Source of the DNA: Candidatus Multivoradales bacterium
GTDB lineage: Bacteria > Acidobacteriota > Thermoanaerobaculia > Multivoradales > JAHEKO01
Assembly (NCBI GenBank): GCA_965223855.1
Contig: CBDCXM010000009.1
Span: 1,536,001 to 1,600,000, forward strand
Length of the DNA: 64,000 nucleotides
Direction of reading: 5' to 3'
The notes under the pieces: generated by a model
Databases searched by the model: none
What the model was told of the DNA's origin: nothing
The model's input: the letters and a program-made list of their open reading frames with translations, nothing else
Part shown: positions 26,780 to 36,513 of the stretch, in pieces
Position numbering within the stretch: position 1 is the first letter of the stretch
Layout: every line of letters begins with the position of its first letter
Made by a program: the position numbers and the translations under genes

Positions 26780-28441
26780 GTGACAAGGAAACGAGTCGTG
26801 AAGAGGTCGAGGAAACGCCTGGCAAGCCTGTTCCTCGCTGCGGGTACCCTGCTCCTCGGCGTTGCCGCCGGAGCTCAGCCGGTCGAGGGCGACCTCGTCT
26901 TCGAGAGCCTCGACGTGCGGGTGGTCAACGTGGAGGTCTTCGTCTCCGACAGGAAGGGGCGCGCCCTCCTCGACCTGGCCCGCGACGACTTCAGAGTCTT
27001 CGTCGACGACCGGGAAGTGGAGCTCAGCCACTTCGCGAGTCCCGGCGGCCGAACCGCGGGGAGCACGGAGGACGCCGACGCCTCGACTGCTGCGGCCGAA
27101 GTGAGGCCGGGCGAGACGGCGCCGTTGCTGGTCGTCCTCTACATCGACAACTCGACCCTGCTCGAGGCCCGGCGCGAGATCCTCGTACAGCATCTGCGCC
27201 GGCTGGCCGCCGCGAGCGACCCGGGAGAGCTGCGCTTCGCGTTGGTGACGTTCGACAGCAAGCTGCAGTGGCGTACCGGCTTTCTGACCGAGCTCGGGTC
27301 CCTCGACGAGGCGCTGGAGCAGCTCGCCGGCGAGCCGTCGGCTGGAGTGGACCTCGTGCTCGGCTATCGGCGCTCCGTCAGCGACATCCGGGGCATCGTG
27401 GAGGGCTTCGCGCAGACCGACTGCGATCCCTGCGACTGCGGGTGGGACGCGATGACGGGGGCATGGGAGCAGTACGCCTCCCGGACCGCGGAGAAAGTGG
27501 GGGCAACCTCAGTGGGCCTGCTCCAGCTCGTGCGCTCATTGTCTGGCCTGCCGGGCCGCAAGGCGGTGGTGTACCTGAGCCCGGGCCTCGAGCAACGCCC
27601 CGGCCTGTCGCTGGCGGCCTATCTGGCCGATCTCTGTCCGGCTGCGGAGAACATTCTCGAGTTCCAGACCGACCGGCAGGTGCGCTACGACGAGACCGAA
27701 ACGCTCGCGGCGCTCTCCGCCGAGGCCAACGCGGGGCGGATCAGTCTCTATCCGCTTCAGGTCGGGTCGATGGATCGGGATTCCGGCTTGCCGGGTTTCG
27801 CCCGCCTCGACCGCGAGGGCAACCTCCGGGACGGCCTGAGATTCCTGGCCGGTGAGACCGGCGGCGAGCTCCTCTTCGACGCCGGCCGGCTGTTCGAGAC
27901 GCTCGACTCCGACGTCTCGGAAGGCTACGAGCTAGCGTTTACCCCCGAGCATCCGGCCGACGGGCGCACCCATCGGATCCGGGTCGAGCTCCGCTCGCCG
28001 AAGAGGGGAGTGGAGCTCAGGTACCGCCAGTCCTACCGCGACAAGCCGCCGGCGGAGAGGTTGGTCGATCGGGCGCACGCGGTGCTGAATCTGGGAGACG
28101 GTGCCGGTCTCGAAAACCCGCTCGGCGTCGAGGCGCAGATCCGCACGGCTCCGACTCCGGAGCTCGAGCTGACTCTCCCGGTCGCACTTCTGACGCAGCT
28201 GCCGTCGGCCGAAGCGCCGTCGCCGCCGGCCCGGGTGCGCCTTTTCCTGTTGATCCGAAACTCCTCCGCGGGGGTGCTGCCGGTTCTTCAGAAGGCGATC
28301 GAAGTTCCCGTCGGGGCCGAGCCGAACCACCGCATCGTGGTGGGCCTCAACCTGCCTCCGGGCCCCAGCGAAGTGGTCGTCGGAGTGCGAGACGAAGTCG
28401 GCGGTGTGACTTCGTTCGTCAAGCTGCTCGCCGAGCCCTGA
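26780..28441 (+). CDS. VWFA-related acidobacterial-type domain protein
   Basis: FESLDVRVVNVEVFVSDRKG...DL.RDDF, LPGRKAVVYLSPG, LAGETGG, YELAF, LRYRQSY. Start approximate. Confidence 0.8.
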   Translation: MTRKRVVKRSRKRLASLFLAAGTLLLGVAAGAQPVEGDLVFESLDVRVVNVEVFVSDRKGRALLDLARDDFRVFVDDREVELSHFASPGGRTAGSTEDADASTAAAEVRPGETAPLLVVLYIDNSTLLEARREILVQHLRRLAAASDPGELRFALVTFDSKLQWRTGFLTELGSLDEALEQLAGEPSAGVDLVLGYRRSVSDIRGIVEGFAQTDCDPCDCGWDAMTGAWEQYASRTAEKVGATSVGLLQLVRSLSGLPGRKAVVYLSPGLEQRPGLSLAAYLADLCPAAENILEFQTDRQVRYDETETLAALSAEANAGRISLYPLQVGSMDRDSGLPGFARLDREGNLRDGLRFLAGETGGELLFDAGRLFETLDSDVSEGYELAFTPEHPADGRTHRIRVELRSPKRGVELRYRQSYRDKPPAERLVDRAHAVLNLGDGAGLENPLGVEAQIRTAPTPELELTLPVALLTQLPSAEAPSPPARVRLFLLIRNSSAGVLPVLQKAIEVPVGAEPNHRIVVGLNLPPGPSEVVVGVRDEVGGVTSFVKLLAEP

Positions 28442-28535
28442 GCCGGCGGCTCTGCCGGGGTCTGGGGTATCGCGGGTCGAGGCCGCCGCGTGCTGCGGGC
28501 TTCTTCTCACAGCGCAGCGAACGGGTGCACCGCTT

Positions 28536-30113
28536 CTACGGCACGGTGCTCGACCACGCCGAAGTGTCGCCGGACTCGAACCCGTCCTCGAAGATCCCCC
28601 GGCTGTAGAGCACGACGGTCACTCCCGTTCGGATGTCTCCATCGACGTCGCGAAAGGGCACGCCGATCGCCAGATCCGCTCCGCCGCCGGTGCCGTCGAA
28701 CCGCCCCGTCGCCAGCGCCCGGCCGAAACGGTCGCCGTCCTCGAGGGTGTCGATCAGGAACATGTTCGCCAGCTGCGCCCCGGCGACCGTCAGCCCGGCG
28801 TCGCTGCCGTAGAGGATGCTGACCTCGCCCGCGTTGTCGGCACCCAGAGAGTCGTCCTGCGGGGCGCCGATCGCCAGGTCGTCGGCGAGGTCGTCGTCGA
28901 AGTCGCCGGCCGCGAGGACCTCACCGAAGCGATCGTGCTCCTGAACGTCGCCGTCGAAGAGGCCCTCGAAGAAGAACTGGTCGTCGAGGTCGTCGAGGCC
29001 GATGCCGGCGCGGCCGTAGATCACCTGTACGGCACCCGAGCCGTTGGTGCCGAACTCCTCTTCGCCCGGCACCCCGACGGCCAGGTCGACGACGCCGTTA
29101 CCGTCGAAGTCGGCCGCCGCCAGCGCGCTGCCGAACGCGTCGTCGTCCGACGCGATGCCGAGGATCCCGGGCGTGTCCTGGAACCAGAGGGGCTCGGTCG
29201 AGTCGAGGTCGATGCCACCTGCCGAGCCACGGAAGATCCGCACCCCACCGAACCCGTCGTCGCCACCGACGACGAAGTCGCCCATGCCGGGGATGCCGAC
29301 CGCCAGGTCGGCCCAGGCGTCGCCGGTGAACTCGCCGATCGCCAGCGCCGCGCCGAAGAGGTCGTCCTCCCCTGCGGTGCCGTCGACGCCGGCGACCTGA
29401 TGGTGCAGCAGCTGATTGCCGGCGGCCGTCAGACCCACCCCTTCGACACCGTAGACGACGTTGACCGCACCCGCCTGATCGACCGCGCTGCCGCCGACCA
29501 CCAGATCCTCACCCGTGACCCCGATCGCCAGATCGTCGATGCCGTCGCCGGAGAGATCGCCCGCGACCAGTGTCGAGCCGAAGCGGTCTCCTTCTTCGAT
29601 CGCACCCGCCAGCGGGCCCTGGGTGAGGAACTGGCCGGTGCCGGTGAGGATCGTCTCGTCGCCGGTGCCGTGGAGGATCGCCACCGATCCTGCCGCGATC
29701 TGCCCGGAAAGGTCCGCGCCGGGAATCCCGACCGCGAGATCGTCGAGTCCGTCGCCGTTGAAGTCTCCGGTCGCCAGCGTGCGCCCGAACCCCGCGAACG
29801 CCTGGTCGGCACCGCTCGGCAGGTCGTCCGCCGTGAAGACCCGGATCAGGACCACTCCGCCGCTCGATCCCGGTATTACCCGAATGGCGCCCGCCTCCGG
29901 CAGCCCGGATGCCGCGTACCCCGGGGCGCCCATCACGAGGTCGTCGATGCCGTCGCCGGTGAAGTCCCCGAAAGCGATCGCGTATCCGGTCACCGAATCC
30001 GTGTCCAGGCCGTCGAAGACCGAGAGGCCCCCCAGGCCGAGCTGGCCGCGTGCCGACCCTGCAAACAAGGCTGAGGCTAGAAGGACGAAGACGACGGGGC
30101 GGGAAGGTCTCAT
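28536..30113 (-). CDS. FG-GAP (integrin alpha-like) repeat secreted protein with C-terminal IFEDGFE motif
   Basis: Seven FG..LA.GDF.GDG.DDLA.G.P repeats; ends IFEDGFESGDTSAWSSTVP. Confidence 0.9.
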   Translation of the reverse strand: MRPSRPVVFVLLASALFAGSARGQLGLGGLSVFDGLDTDSVTGYAIAFGDFTGDGIDDLVMGAPGYAASGLPEAGAIRVIPGSSGGVVLIRVFTADDLPSGADQAFAGFGRTLATGDFNGDGLDDLAVGIPGADLSGQIAAGSVAILHGTGDETILTGTGQFLTQGPLAGAIEEGDRFGSTLVAGDLSGDGIDDLAIGVTGEDLVVGGSAVDQAGAVNVVYGVEGVGLTAAGNQLLHHQVAGVDGTAGEDDLFGAALAIGEFTGDAWADLAVGIPGMGDFVVGGDDGFGGVRIFRGSAGGIDLDSTEPLWFQDTPGILGIASDDDAFGSALAAADFDGNGVVDLAVGVPGEEEFGTNGSGAVQVIYGRAGIGLDDLDDQFFFEGLFDGDVQEHDRFGEVLAAGDFDDDLADDLAIGAPQDDSLGADNAGEVSILYGSDAGLTVAGAQLANMFLIDTLEDGDRFGRALATGRFDGTGGGADLAIGVPFRDVDGDIRTGVTVVLYSRGIFEDGFESGDTSAWSSTVP

Positions 30114-30337
30114 GGCAGGGATCTCCAGGAGTGGGCCGGTGGACGGCCCGGGCCATCCCAACCATGCCTCCCGCCGGCCCCCGGGTCGTGAGGCCCGGGC
30201 GAGGGTCTCCTTAGGATGTCGTTAGGACCGGCTCGGGGAGTCGCCCCGAGAGCGAGGCCGGTAACGAGTGCCTCGTTCCGCCCGCCTGTTCTTCCTGAGT
30301 ACCAAGTCGCCGATCGATCGACCCCAGGAGGTTCGCC

Positions 30338-30940
30338 ATGCGCCGCATGCTGCAGTTACGCCGCCTCTCGAGACGCCTGTTCCTCGTCCTCGTGCTCTTT
30401 CCGACCCTCGTCTTCCCGGATGGTCGGTCCGACGTGGCGAAGAGCGGTGACTTTCGCGATCAGAACGACATCGAGGAGTTCATCGTCGAGGAGGAGATCC
30501 CCGACCCTGATTGCAGCGGTCAGGATCACGAGTGCATTCTCGTCGTCACTCGAGTTCGTTGGCCGGATTACGGGACCAGCGGCTGGATCGGTGACGTGCG
30601 AGACGCCGCCGGCGCCATTCACGAGACCTTCGACCAGGCCTTCACACCCAAGTGCGGAGTCCCCTTCGTTCTCGAGCAGGCGGAGAGCGTGCGTGTCAGG
30701 TCCTGCGCAACCGCGGCGCCGAACTACACCCAGATGTGCGGCCGGCTCGTCCCGCAGTTGAGGCCGCGCTGCAAGGCGCAGTGCGCGAAGCTCCCCGAAT
30801 GCTCGAACTGGCAACTACAGCCCTGGTACTACAAAGAGTGGGGCTGCCTCGGGGGCGGAGCGGCTCCAGGCCCGACGGCGGTTCCCCATGCCTTGTGCAG
30901 AGAGTACTGGGGATGTGTCTGCACGCCTGAGGAGGGTTAG
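30338..30940 (+). CDS. Cysteine-rich exported hypothetical protein
   Basis: AGGAGG SD; signal-like N-terminus; ~12 Cys. Confidence 0.6.
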   Translation: MRRMLQLRRLSRRLFLVLVLFPTLVFPDGRSDVAKSGDFRDQNDIEEFIVEEEIPDPDCSGQDHECILVVTRVRWPDYGTSGWIGDVRDAAGAIHETFDQAFTPKCGVPFVLEQAESVRVRSCATAAPNYTQMCGRLVPQLRPRCKAQCAKLPECSNWQLQPWYYKEWGCLGGGAAPGPTAVPHALCREYWGCVCTPEEG

Positions 30941-30970
30941 CGGGCCCGGTGTGACGCGCGGCTCGACGCA

Positions 30971-31267
30971 CTACCACTTCCGGAAGGTGTCCCATGGTGA
31001 GGCGGAACTTTCACCGCGACGGGTACGCCATTTGGAACGACGCCTCCCGCGTGGCCCGTTCCATTGAAGAAGGGTCACTGTGAGCCCAAGGACACCGAGG
31101 CCGATGGCGATCCAACCTCCGACGTAACCACCGAAGTAGTTGCGGTAGCCGGGTTCGCCGCTCATGCGAGTCGCCAGGCCCCCGGTGAGCAGGAGGAGCG
31201 AAACCAACAAACCGGCCAAACGATCGACCCACCTGCGGTTCCTTCGGATCCACTTTGGCAGGCTCAC
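30971..31267 (-). CDS. Small two-TM membrane protein
   Basis: Two hydrophobic segments; directly downstream of the SPFH gene. Confidence 0.5.
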   Translation of the reverse strand: MSLPKWIRRNRRWVDRLAGLLVSLLLLTGGLATRMSGEPGYRNYFGGYVGGWIAIGLGVLGLTVTLLQWNGPRGRRRSKWRTRRGESSASPWDTFRKW

Positions 31268-31324
31268 CTGCTCAACCTCGCATCCTGCACTCCCAGAACC
31301 CGAGAGGAACCCTGCGCAGGGGCG

Positions 31325-32311
31325 CTACCCCTGAGAGCCGCTGTAGCCCCCCGAGGTTGTGCCCCGCGGCCCGGCCTGCGCCGAGCCCGCCGCGGCGGAA
31401 GCGATGCCCGTCTCCATCGCGTCGTCCCTGCCCCCCATCCCGTAGACGACGATCTGGCTCCCCTCCTCGCGCCCGAGGCGCTCCAGCACGTTGAGGCGGT
31501 ACATCTCCATCGCTCGCGGAGTGAGGGTCTCGGACGCTTCCTTGAGCTTCTCCGCGATCTGCTTCTCCGCTTCGGCCTCGGCGATCTTCGCCTGAGCCGC
31601 CCGTCTCGACTGCGCCAGGACGCTCAACTCCTGGATCAGATCGTTCGGCACATGGACGTCGGTGATCTCGACCGACGTGACATCGACACCGAAGGAGGAG
31701 GCGGCACCGTCGATGATGTTCTTGAGCTTGTCCGAGACCGTCTGCCGATCCCCGAGCAGGTCGCTCAGCTCCATCGTGCCGACCGTGTCCTTGAGAGCGC
31801 TGTTGGCCGCCTGGAAGACCGCCTCCTGGTAGTCGGCGACCCGAAGGGCGGCTCGCTCGGGGTCCTCGACGCGCAGGAAGACCACAGCCTCCGTGCCGAC
31901 CGGCACGTTGTCCGCGGTCAATGTCTCCGCCGCCTTGATCACCCGCGTCTGCACCCGGATGTCGAGAATCGCCGCCACCGAGCGGAAGAACGGCGGATAC
32001 GGGATCACCCAGAAAAGACCCGGCCCCTTGACCCCGACGAACTTGCCGAGCCGCAGAAGCACGACCCGCTCGAACTCCGGGATGACATAAAGGGTGCGAC
32101 AGACGACCAGCGCCAGGATCAGGGAAACCAGCCCCCCGACCGCCAGCGTGGCGGGGAACAAGAAGTCCGCGAAGGCGGCCAGGAGCCCGGCCACCAGCAT
32201 CGTCAAGCCGAAGAACACCGCCAGTGAAACGAGGAAGATCACCAGCCTGAGGAAGGTCTGGACGGTGTTCAGTCCGCGCGTCGAACGCACTGCACTTGGA
32301 GTCGTGGCCAC
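31325..32311 (-). CDS. SPFH/band 7 (stomatin-like) membrane protein
   Basis: EFERVVLLRLGK...GPGLFWVIP, ETLTADNV, FGVDVTSVEITDV; GGAGGT SD before GTG 32311. Confidence 0.9.
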   Translation of the reverse strand: MATTPSAVRSTRGLNTVQTFLRLVIFLVSLAVFFGLTMLVAGLLAAFADFLFPATLAVGGLVSLILALVVCRTLYVIPEFERVVLLRLGKFVGVKGPGLFWVIPYPPFFRSVAAILDIRVQTRVIKAAETLTADNVPVGTEAVVFLRVEDPERAALRVADYQEAVFQAANSALKDTVGTMELSDLLGDRQTVSDKLKNIIDGAASSFGVDVTSVEITDVHVPNDLIQELSVLAQSRRAAQAKIAEAEAEKQIAEKLKEASETLTPRAMEMYRLNVLERLGREEGSQIVVYGMGGRDDAMETGIASAAAGSAQAGPRGTTSGGYSGSQG

Positions 32312-32575
32312 GATTCCACCTCCGATTGTTGGTGTTGAAGGTAGGTACGCTAGCACGCACGCCGGGATTCCCTGGGTGGGGGCGAGGTGCCGAGGGACGA
32401 AGCGCCGAGGGACGAAGTGCACCGGCGGTGAAGTGGCTCACGAACCGGTGGGAGCTCCGTCCGGCTCACACGATCTCGCACTTTCGGGCACGACGAGTGC
32501 CGTCCTCGAGAGGCCACCCTTCTTGCGAAGATGGCCACCTCGAGGACGGGCGGTGCGCCAGTTGCTGCTCCGAGC

Positions 32576-33577
32576 CTAGGGGGTGAGCCTCCACCAGGTG
32601 GCGAAACCGTCGTCACAGTCTCGGATGACCGCATGTTCCTGCGCGCTCATGCTCAGGCACTTGGCCGGAGTTCCGGCCGGTTGGGCGGTCGGGTGAATGC
32701 GTCTGGTGCTGGGATCGAAGCGCCACGTGTTCTGTCCGGGGAAGTCGCTGCCGGGAGGGTTGATGTCTTCGTCGCAGGGGCGAGCTACCAGCAGGTGCTT
32801 CCCGCCTCGGTGCCAGATCTCCTGAGTGTGCTCGGTGTCCTTGGCCCACGGAACCGTCACGCACTCGTCGCCGAAGACGATTCGACCGGGGCTGCGGAAC
32901 GTCGGCAGCCGCGGCTCTTCGCACGGCCGAAGCTCGAATCCGCTCGGTGTCCTGGTGAGGCAGCGATCGTCGAGTCTGTCGTGCTCGCTGACCGGTCGGA
33001 TGAGTACTCCGTTCGTGGCCGGCACGACTTGAACCGGCTGCCCGCCAAGGTTGACGGTCCAGGCGGCGAGCCTGCGGTTCCCGCCGGGGAGTCTCTCGCT
33101 GTGGAGACTGGCCCAACTGAGTTCCCGGAAGCGTCCGTCGATCTCGGCGCGGACGAAGCTCCGGCCGTCCTCCGTGACGATCTCGATCGGCTGATTGCCG
33201 AGGTTGACCGTCCAGGCGGCGAGCCGTCGATCACCGGAAAGGCGATCCTTGTCGAGGCTCGCCCAGTTGAGTTCGCGCGTCTTGCCGTCGATCTCCGCTC
33301 TCAGGTACTGCTTCCCGTCCGGATCCCGGACGACGGAGACCCGCTGCATGCCGGTGTTGGTCGTGAAGGCGGCGAGCCTGCGGTCACCGGAGAGCTTGTC
33401 CCGGTCGAGACTGGCCCAGTTGAGCTCGCGCTCCGGTCCATCGTGCACCCGCAGGTAGACCTCAGATGCCGACACCGCCGTCGGCAGGAGAAGAAGTAGG
33501 ACGATTGCCCAGCGCAGGAGCCTCCGAGGTTCGGCGGCGGGCAGGGCGGCTGTGGTGTGGATGTCGGGCTTGGTCAC
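32576..33577 (-). CDS. Secreted protein with three ~50-aa repeats and a ricin-B-like C-terminal region
   Basis: 3x RELxWASLxxxxLxGxRRLAA(W/F)T; C-terminal CL...C...QxTW-like pattern; GAGGAG SD. Confidence 0.7.
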   Translation of the reverse strand: MTKPDIHTTAALPAAEPRRLLRWAIVLLLLLPTAVSASEVYLRVHDGPERELNWASLDRDKLSGDRRLAAFTTNTGMQRVSVVRDPDGKQYLRAEIDGKTRELNWASLDKDRLSGDRRLAAWTVNLGNQPIEIVTEDGRSFVRAEIDGRFRELSWASLHSERLPGGNRRLAAWTVNLGGQPVQVVPATNGVLIRPVSEHDRLDDRCLTRTPSGFELRPCEEPRLPTFRSPGRIVFGDECVTVPWAKDTEHTQEIWHRGGKHLLVARPCDEDINPPGSDFPGQNTWRFDPSTRRIHPTAQPAGTPAKCLSMSAQEHAVIRDCDDGFATWWRLTP

Positions 33578-33693
33578 GTCGTATCTCCTCTCGCGGGCCA
33601 ACGAGGCCGGAATTGGCCTTCTAGCTGCCCTAACGCAAGTCGGAGCGAGACGGGGCCGTGCCCTGATCTGGTGAGAGAGGTCGCTTCGTGGAT

Positions 33694-33800
33694 TGAAGTG
33701 CCGAACGCCTCGTGAGAACTGAGTGCAGCTCTCCGGCCGGTGGGGCTCGAGATGCAACGTTACCTGCCTTCAGGAATCGCAGGCACGCTTGTGCGGGGCC
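33694..33800 (+). mobile_element. Degenerate left end and 5' remnant of the RAYT-like element
   Basis: TGAAGTGCC...CGTGAGAACT..GTGC.GCTCTCC matches 56381-56422; MGLEMQRYLPS..GIAGTLVRG resembles MGRKLRYLPS..IIVGTLARG. Confidence 0.6.
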
Positions 33801-34025
33801 TTCTTGCCTTGCTGCGCCAGAGGACCTGTCAGCCGGACCTCCCGGTCTCTGATCACGGAATCGGAGAGGAGTTCTGCCGTCTCCGCAGCCGCTCAGTCCG
33901 GGTGCGGGCGGTAGTTCTCGACTGGGCCTCGCCCTGCTCCGGTGCAGCGGCTTCGATGCTCACTGTCCTGGAGTCGGGGCGGGTCCGTTCACTTCCAGCA
34001 TTGACTTGCGAACTTGGAGGAAACG

Positions 34026-34481
34026 ATGTTCGAACAGCGACCCGAGTTGTACCTGATTCTCTTGACTGTGACATTGGCGATGGTGATCTCGTGCGCCGAA
34101 GATCCAAGGCCTACCCGGTCGAACCTGGACGCGGCCGACATTCGGCTTGCGCATCTCCCGACAGCCAGAGGTGTCGAGCGCTACCGATGGAATCTCGACA
34201 GCGCGCTACCTGCCGACTCGATGACAATCCGCGACCTCCAGATTGGTGAGCGGTACACAAAGGCGATCGAGCGCGACGAAGGCGGGGGTACCTGGGAGTG
34301 CTACGACTGCCCTGCGCAAAGCAGCGGGTGCACATGGATCGGGTACTGCACCGAGATCGACGAGTACGAGTCGTGGTGCACCTTCTATCCGGAGGTGGCC
34401 CTCCTCTCACCGTCGGTGACGAACTCGTCGCTTCAGACCAGTAACGGTGAAGCTACATCTTCTATGACGGTGAGAGTCTAG
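34026..34481 (+). CDS. Putative lipoprotein
   Basis: GGAGG SD; hydrophobic stretch ending VISC. Confidence 0.55.
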   Translation: MFEQRPELYLILLTVTLAMVISCAEDPRPTRSNLDAADIRLAHLPTARGVERYRWNLDSALPADSMTIRDLQIGERYTKAIERDEGGGTWECYDCPAQSSGCTWIGYCTEIDEYESWCTFYPEVALLSPSVTNSSLQTSNGEATSSMTVRV

Positions 34482-34890
34482 CCCCGACGATCCAGAAGAC
34501 AGGATGGCTCTCCGAGCTGAAGAAGTCGAGCGACCATTCCGCAATCTGGGCTGAGCTCGACACCACGGTGAGACCGTGAAGAACTCTCCAGGAGTTGCGG
34601 TCGCCTAACGGTGGCCTTCGAGTTGCTTTGCGGGGAGTCACTCTTGATGCTTGTGCCTGTTCGAGGTCCCAGAGACGACTGTCCTCGCCCTTTGTTGAGG
34701 CAGCAACGTTGCCGATCTGGACGGCCTCAGCTCATCCCTCAACAGAGTCTCAACCTTCCGGCCCAGGCGTGCCTTCCCCAACATAGGGAACCGCCGGAGT
34801 CGAAGCAGGCTCCAGGAGGCCAAAGGACGCTCGAAGGCGAGGATGCCGGACCTAGGAGTCCCGCACGGATCCCGGGCCGGCCCGAGGGAA

Positions 34891-35142
34891 CTACCGAATC
34901 AGCTTGCGTCTAGCAGGCTTCTCCACGAACTCGACAGCAGAGTCGTCGCCCAGGGCCTTCAGGAGTTGCTTCTCAATGGACTCGTCGGAGGCCTCCACCA
35001 CATACAGTGCCGCAAGTTCCGGGTCGGTCACGTCGGCGAAGAGGCGGCGCGCTGTCAGAGCTCCACCCTCTGAGAGCTTCGTGAGCAAGTCCTCTCGAAC
35101 TTCAGGAGGTGTTTCGCTGAGGAACTTGAAGTGAACCGCCAT
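34891..35142 (-). CDS. Small protein resembling a subtilisin propeptide / I9 inhibitor
   Basis: ATG abuts the S8 stop; ends LGDDSAVEFVEKPARRKL, like propeptide V(E)Y/F.E motifs. Confidence 0.6.
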   Translation of the reverse strand: MAVHFKFLSETPPEVREDLLTKLSEGGALTARRLFADVTDPELAALYVVEASDESIEKQLLKALGDDSAVEFVEKPARRKLIR

Positions 35143-36477
35143 CTACTCGACGAGGCTAGCCAACGACGCCTCCAGATTCAACAGGCCATGACCGTAGCCC
35201 TCAGTCCAGGCGCCTCCCATTCCCCTCAGACGTGTGCAGGTCTCCACAAGTTGCCGCTTGACGCCGGCAGGGTCAAGGCTGGCGAACTTTGACATGACGA
35301 GGCTCGCGGCCGCCGCTACGTAGGGGGTCGCCATGGATGTGCCGCTCCATGCAGCGTAATTTGTCTCTCGCCGGTTCGCAATTCGCGACGCATAGCTGGG
35401 CAAAGTCGACAGGATGTTGGACCCTGGGGCGACCAGGTCGATGTGTTTGCCGGTGTTGGAAAAGCTCGAGCGCTGCATGGTCTCATCGATTGAGCCCACG
35501 GCGAGAACGCCATCATAGGCGGCAGGGTACTCGGTTGGGTTCCCTTCGTGGTACTCGTTTCCCATTGCTGCAACAGCGAGGATTCCCTCCTCTTCGAGCC
35601 TGCGGAAGAGCATCGCTTCTACCTGCGAATGGGATGTTCCACCGATGCTCAGGTTGACGACTCCAACATCCGCCGTTCGAGTCTCATGCAGGGCGGCGAA
35701 GTAGCGCTCAGCATCGACGTAGAACTGGCCGGACGGGTCCGGCTCGTCCTCGAAGATCTTCCAAGCTTTGATCTCGCAGCGCGCGGCACCTGAGATGCCC
35801 ACTGCATTGTTCACGTCTGCGGCCAGAATGCCTGCGACGTGGGTGCCGTGACCGATCAGATCCTCTGACCTCAGGCCTCGGTGGTGGTGCTCAGTCAGGC
35901 TCGAGAGCTCGGGGTGCTCGTCGTCGACTCCAGTATCGAGGACTGCAACGGCGCGACCTGGAGTGGCCTCCGCCTCGAAGAAGCGAATGGCTCGCAGACC
36001 CCACTGCAGATTCCGAAAGGGTTCGGGGCGAGCCCCTTGTCGAGCGCTCAGCCACCGCACGGGCAGTCTCTCGGCGAACTCGAAGGCATCGGAGCCTCTG
36101 AGCGCAGCCAGTGCTTCATCGGTGTCGGTGGCCGGATCGAGTTGGGCCACGCTGATTCCGGAAAGAGACTCGCTGTCCGAGTCGACCACGCTGGAAAGGA
36201 GATTCACGGTCTGCTCGGTGGCGTCAGCGGCTTGGAAGCGCCTTAGCCCAATCCTGCGTGCTGAGAATGGGGCGCTCATCTTGGAGAGGCCAGCGTTGGT
36301 TCTGAGATAGCGCAAGGGCTGCGCAACCTGCGCCGGCAGGCTCGCGGGCTTGATCGAGGAGAAGACCAGCGGCTTTCCGGTGAGGGCGGGCGCCACGGCA
36401 TCCGCCTTCACCTTCAAGACGATCTTTCCTCTCGAGGACTGCGGGCGGGTGCCTCTCGGTTGGGAGAAAGTCGGCAT
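35143..36477 (-). CDS. S8 family subtilisin-like serine peptidase
   Basis: VAVLDTG, HGTHVAG, AAMGN, GTSMATP catalytic motifs. Confidence 0.93.
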   Translation of the reverse strand: MPTFSQPRGTRPQSSRGKIVLKVKADAVAPALTGKPLVFSSIKPASLPAQVAQPLRYLRTNAGLSKMSAPFSARRIGLRRFQAADATEQTVNLLSSVVDSDSESLSGISVAQLDPATDTDEALAALRGSDAFEFAERLPVRWLSARQGARPEPFRNLQWGLRAIRFFEAEATPGRAVAVLDTGVDDEHPELSSLTEHHHRGLRSEDLIGHGTHVAGILAADVNNAVGISGAARCEIKAWKIFEDEPDPSGQFYVDAERYFAALHETRTADVGVVNLSIGGTSHSQVEAMLFRRLEEEGILAVAAMGNEYHEGNPTEYPAAYDGVLAVGSIDETMQRSSFSNTGKHIDLVAPGSNILSTLPSYASRIANRRETNYAAWSGTSMATPYVAAAASLVMSKFASLDPAGVKRQLVETCTRLRGMGGAWTEGYGHGLLNLEASLASLVE

Positions 36478-36513
36478 TTAGAACTCCTGCGAAAATGGTT
36501 GGTCGTCCGTTCT

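Noticed and set aside
32387-32421. Short direct repeat GCCGAGGGACGAAG x2
   Set aside because: Only two copies with no spacers; likely a local duplication.
34740-34900. Possible further right-end remnant of the RAYT element (GGGAACTACCGAATC)
   Set aside because: Similarity too short to support without an alignment.
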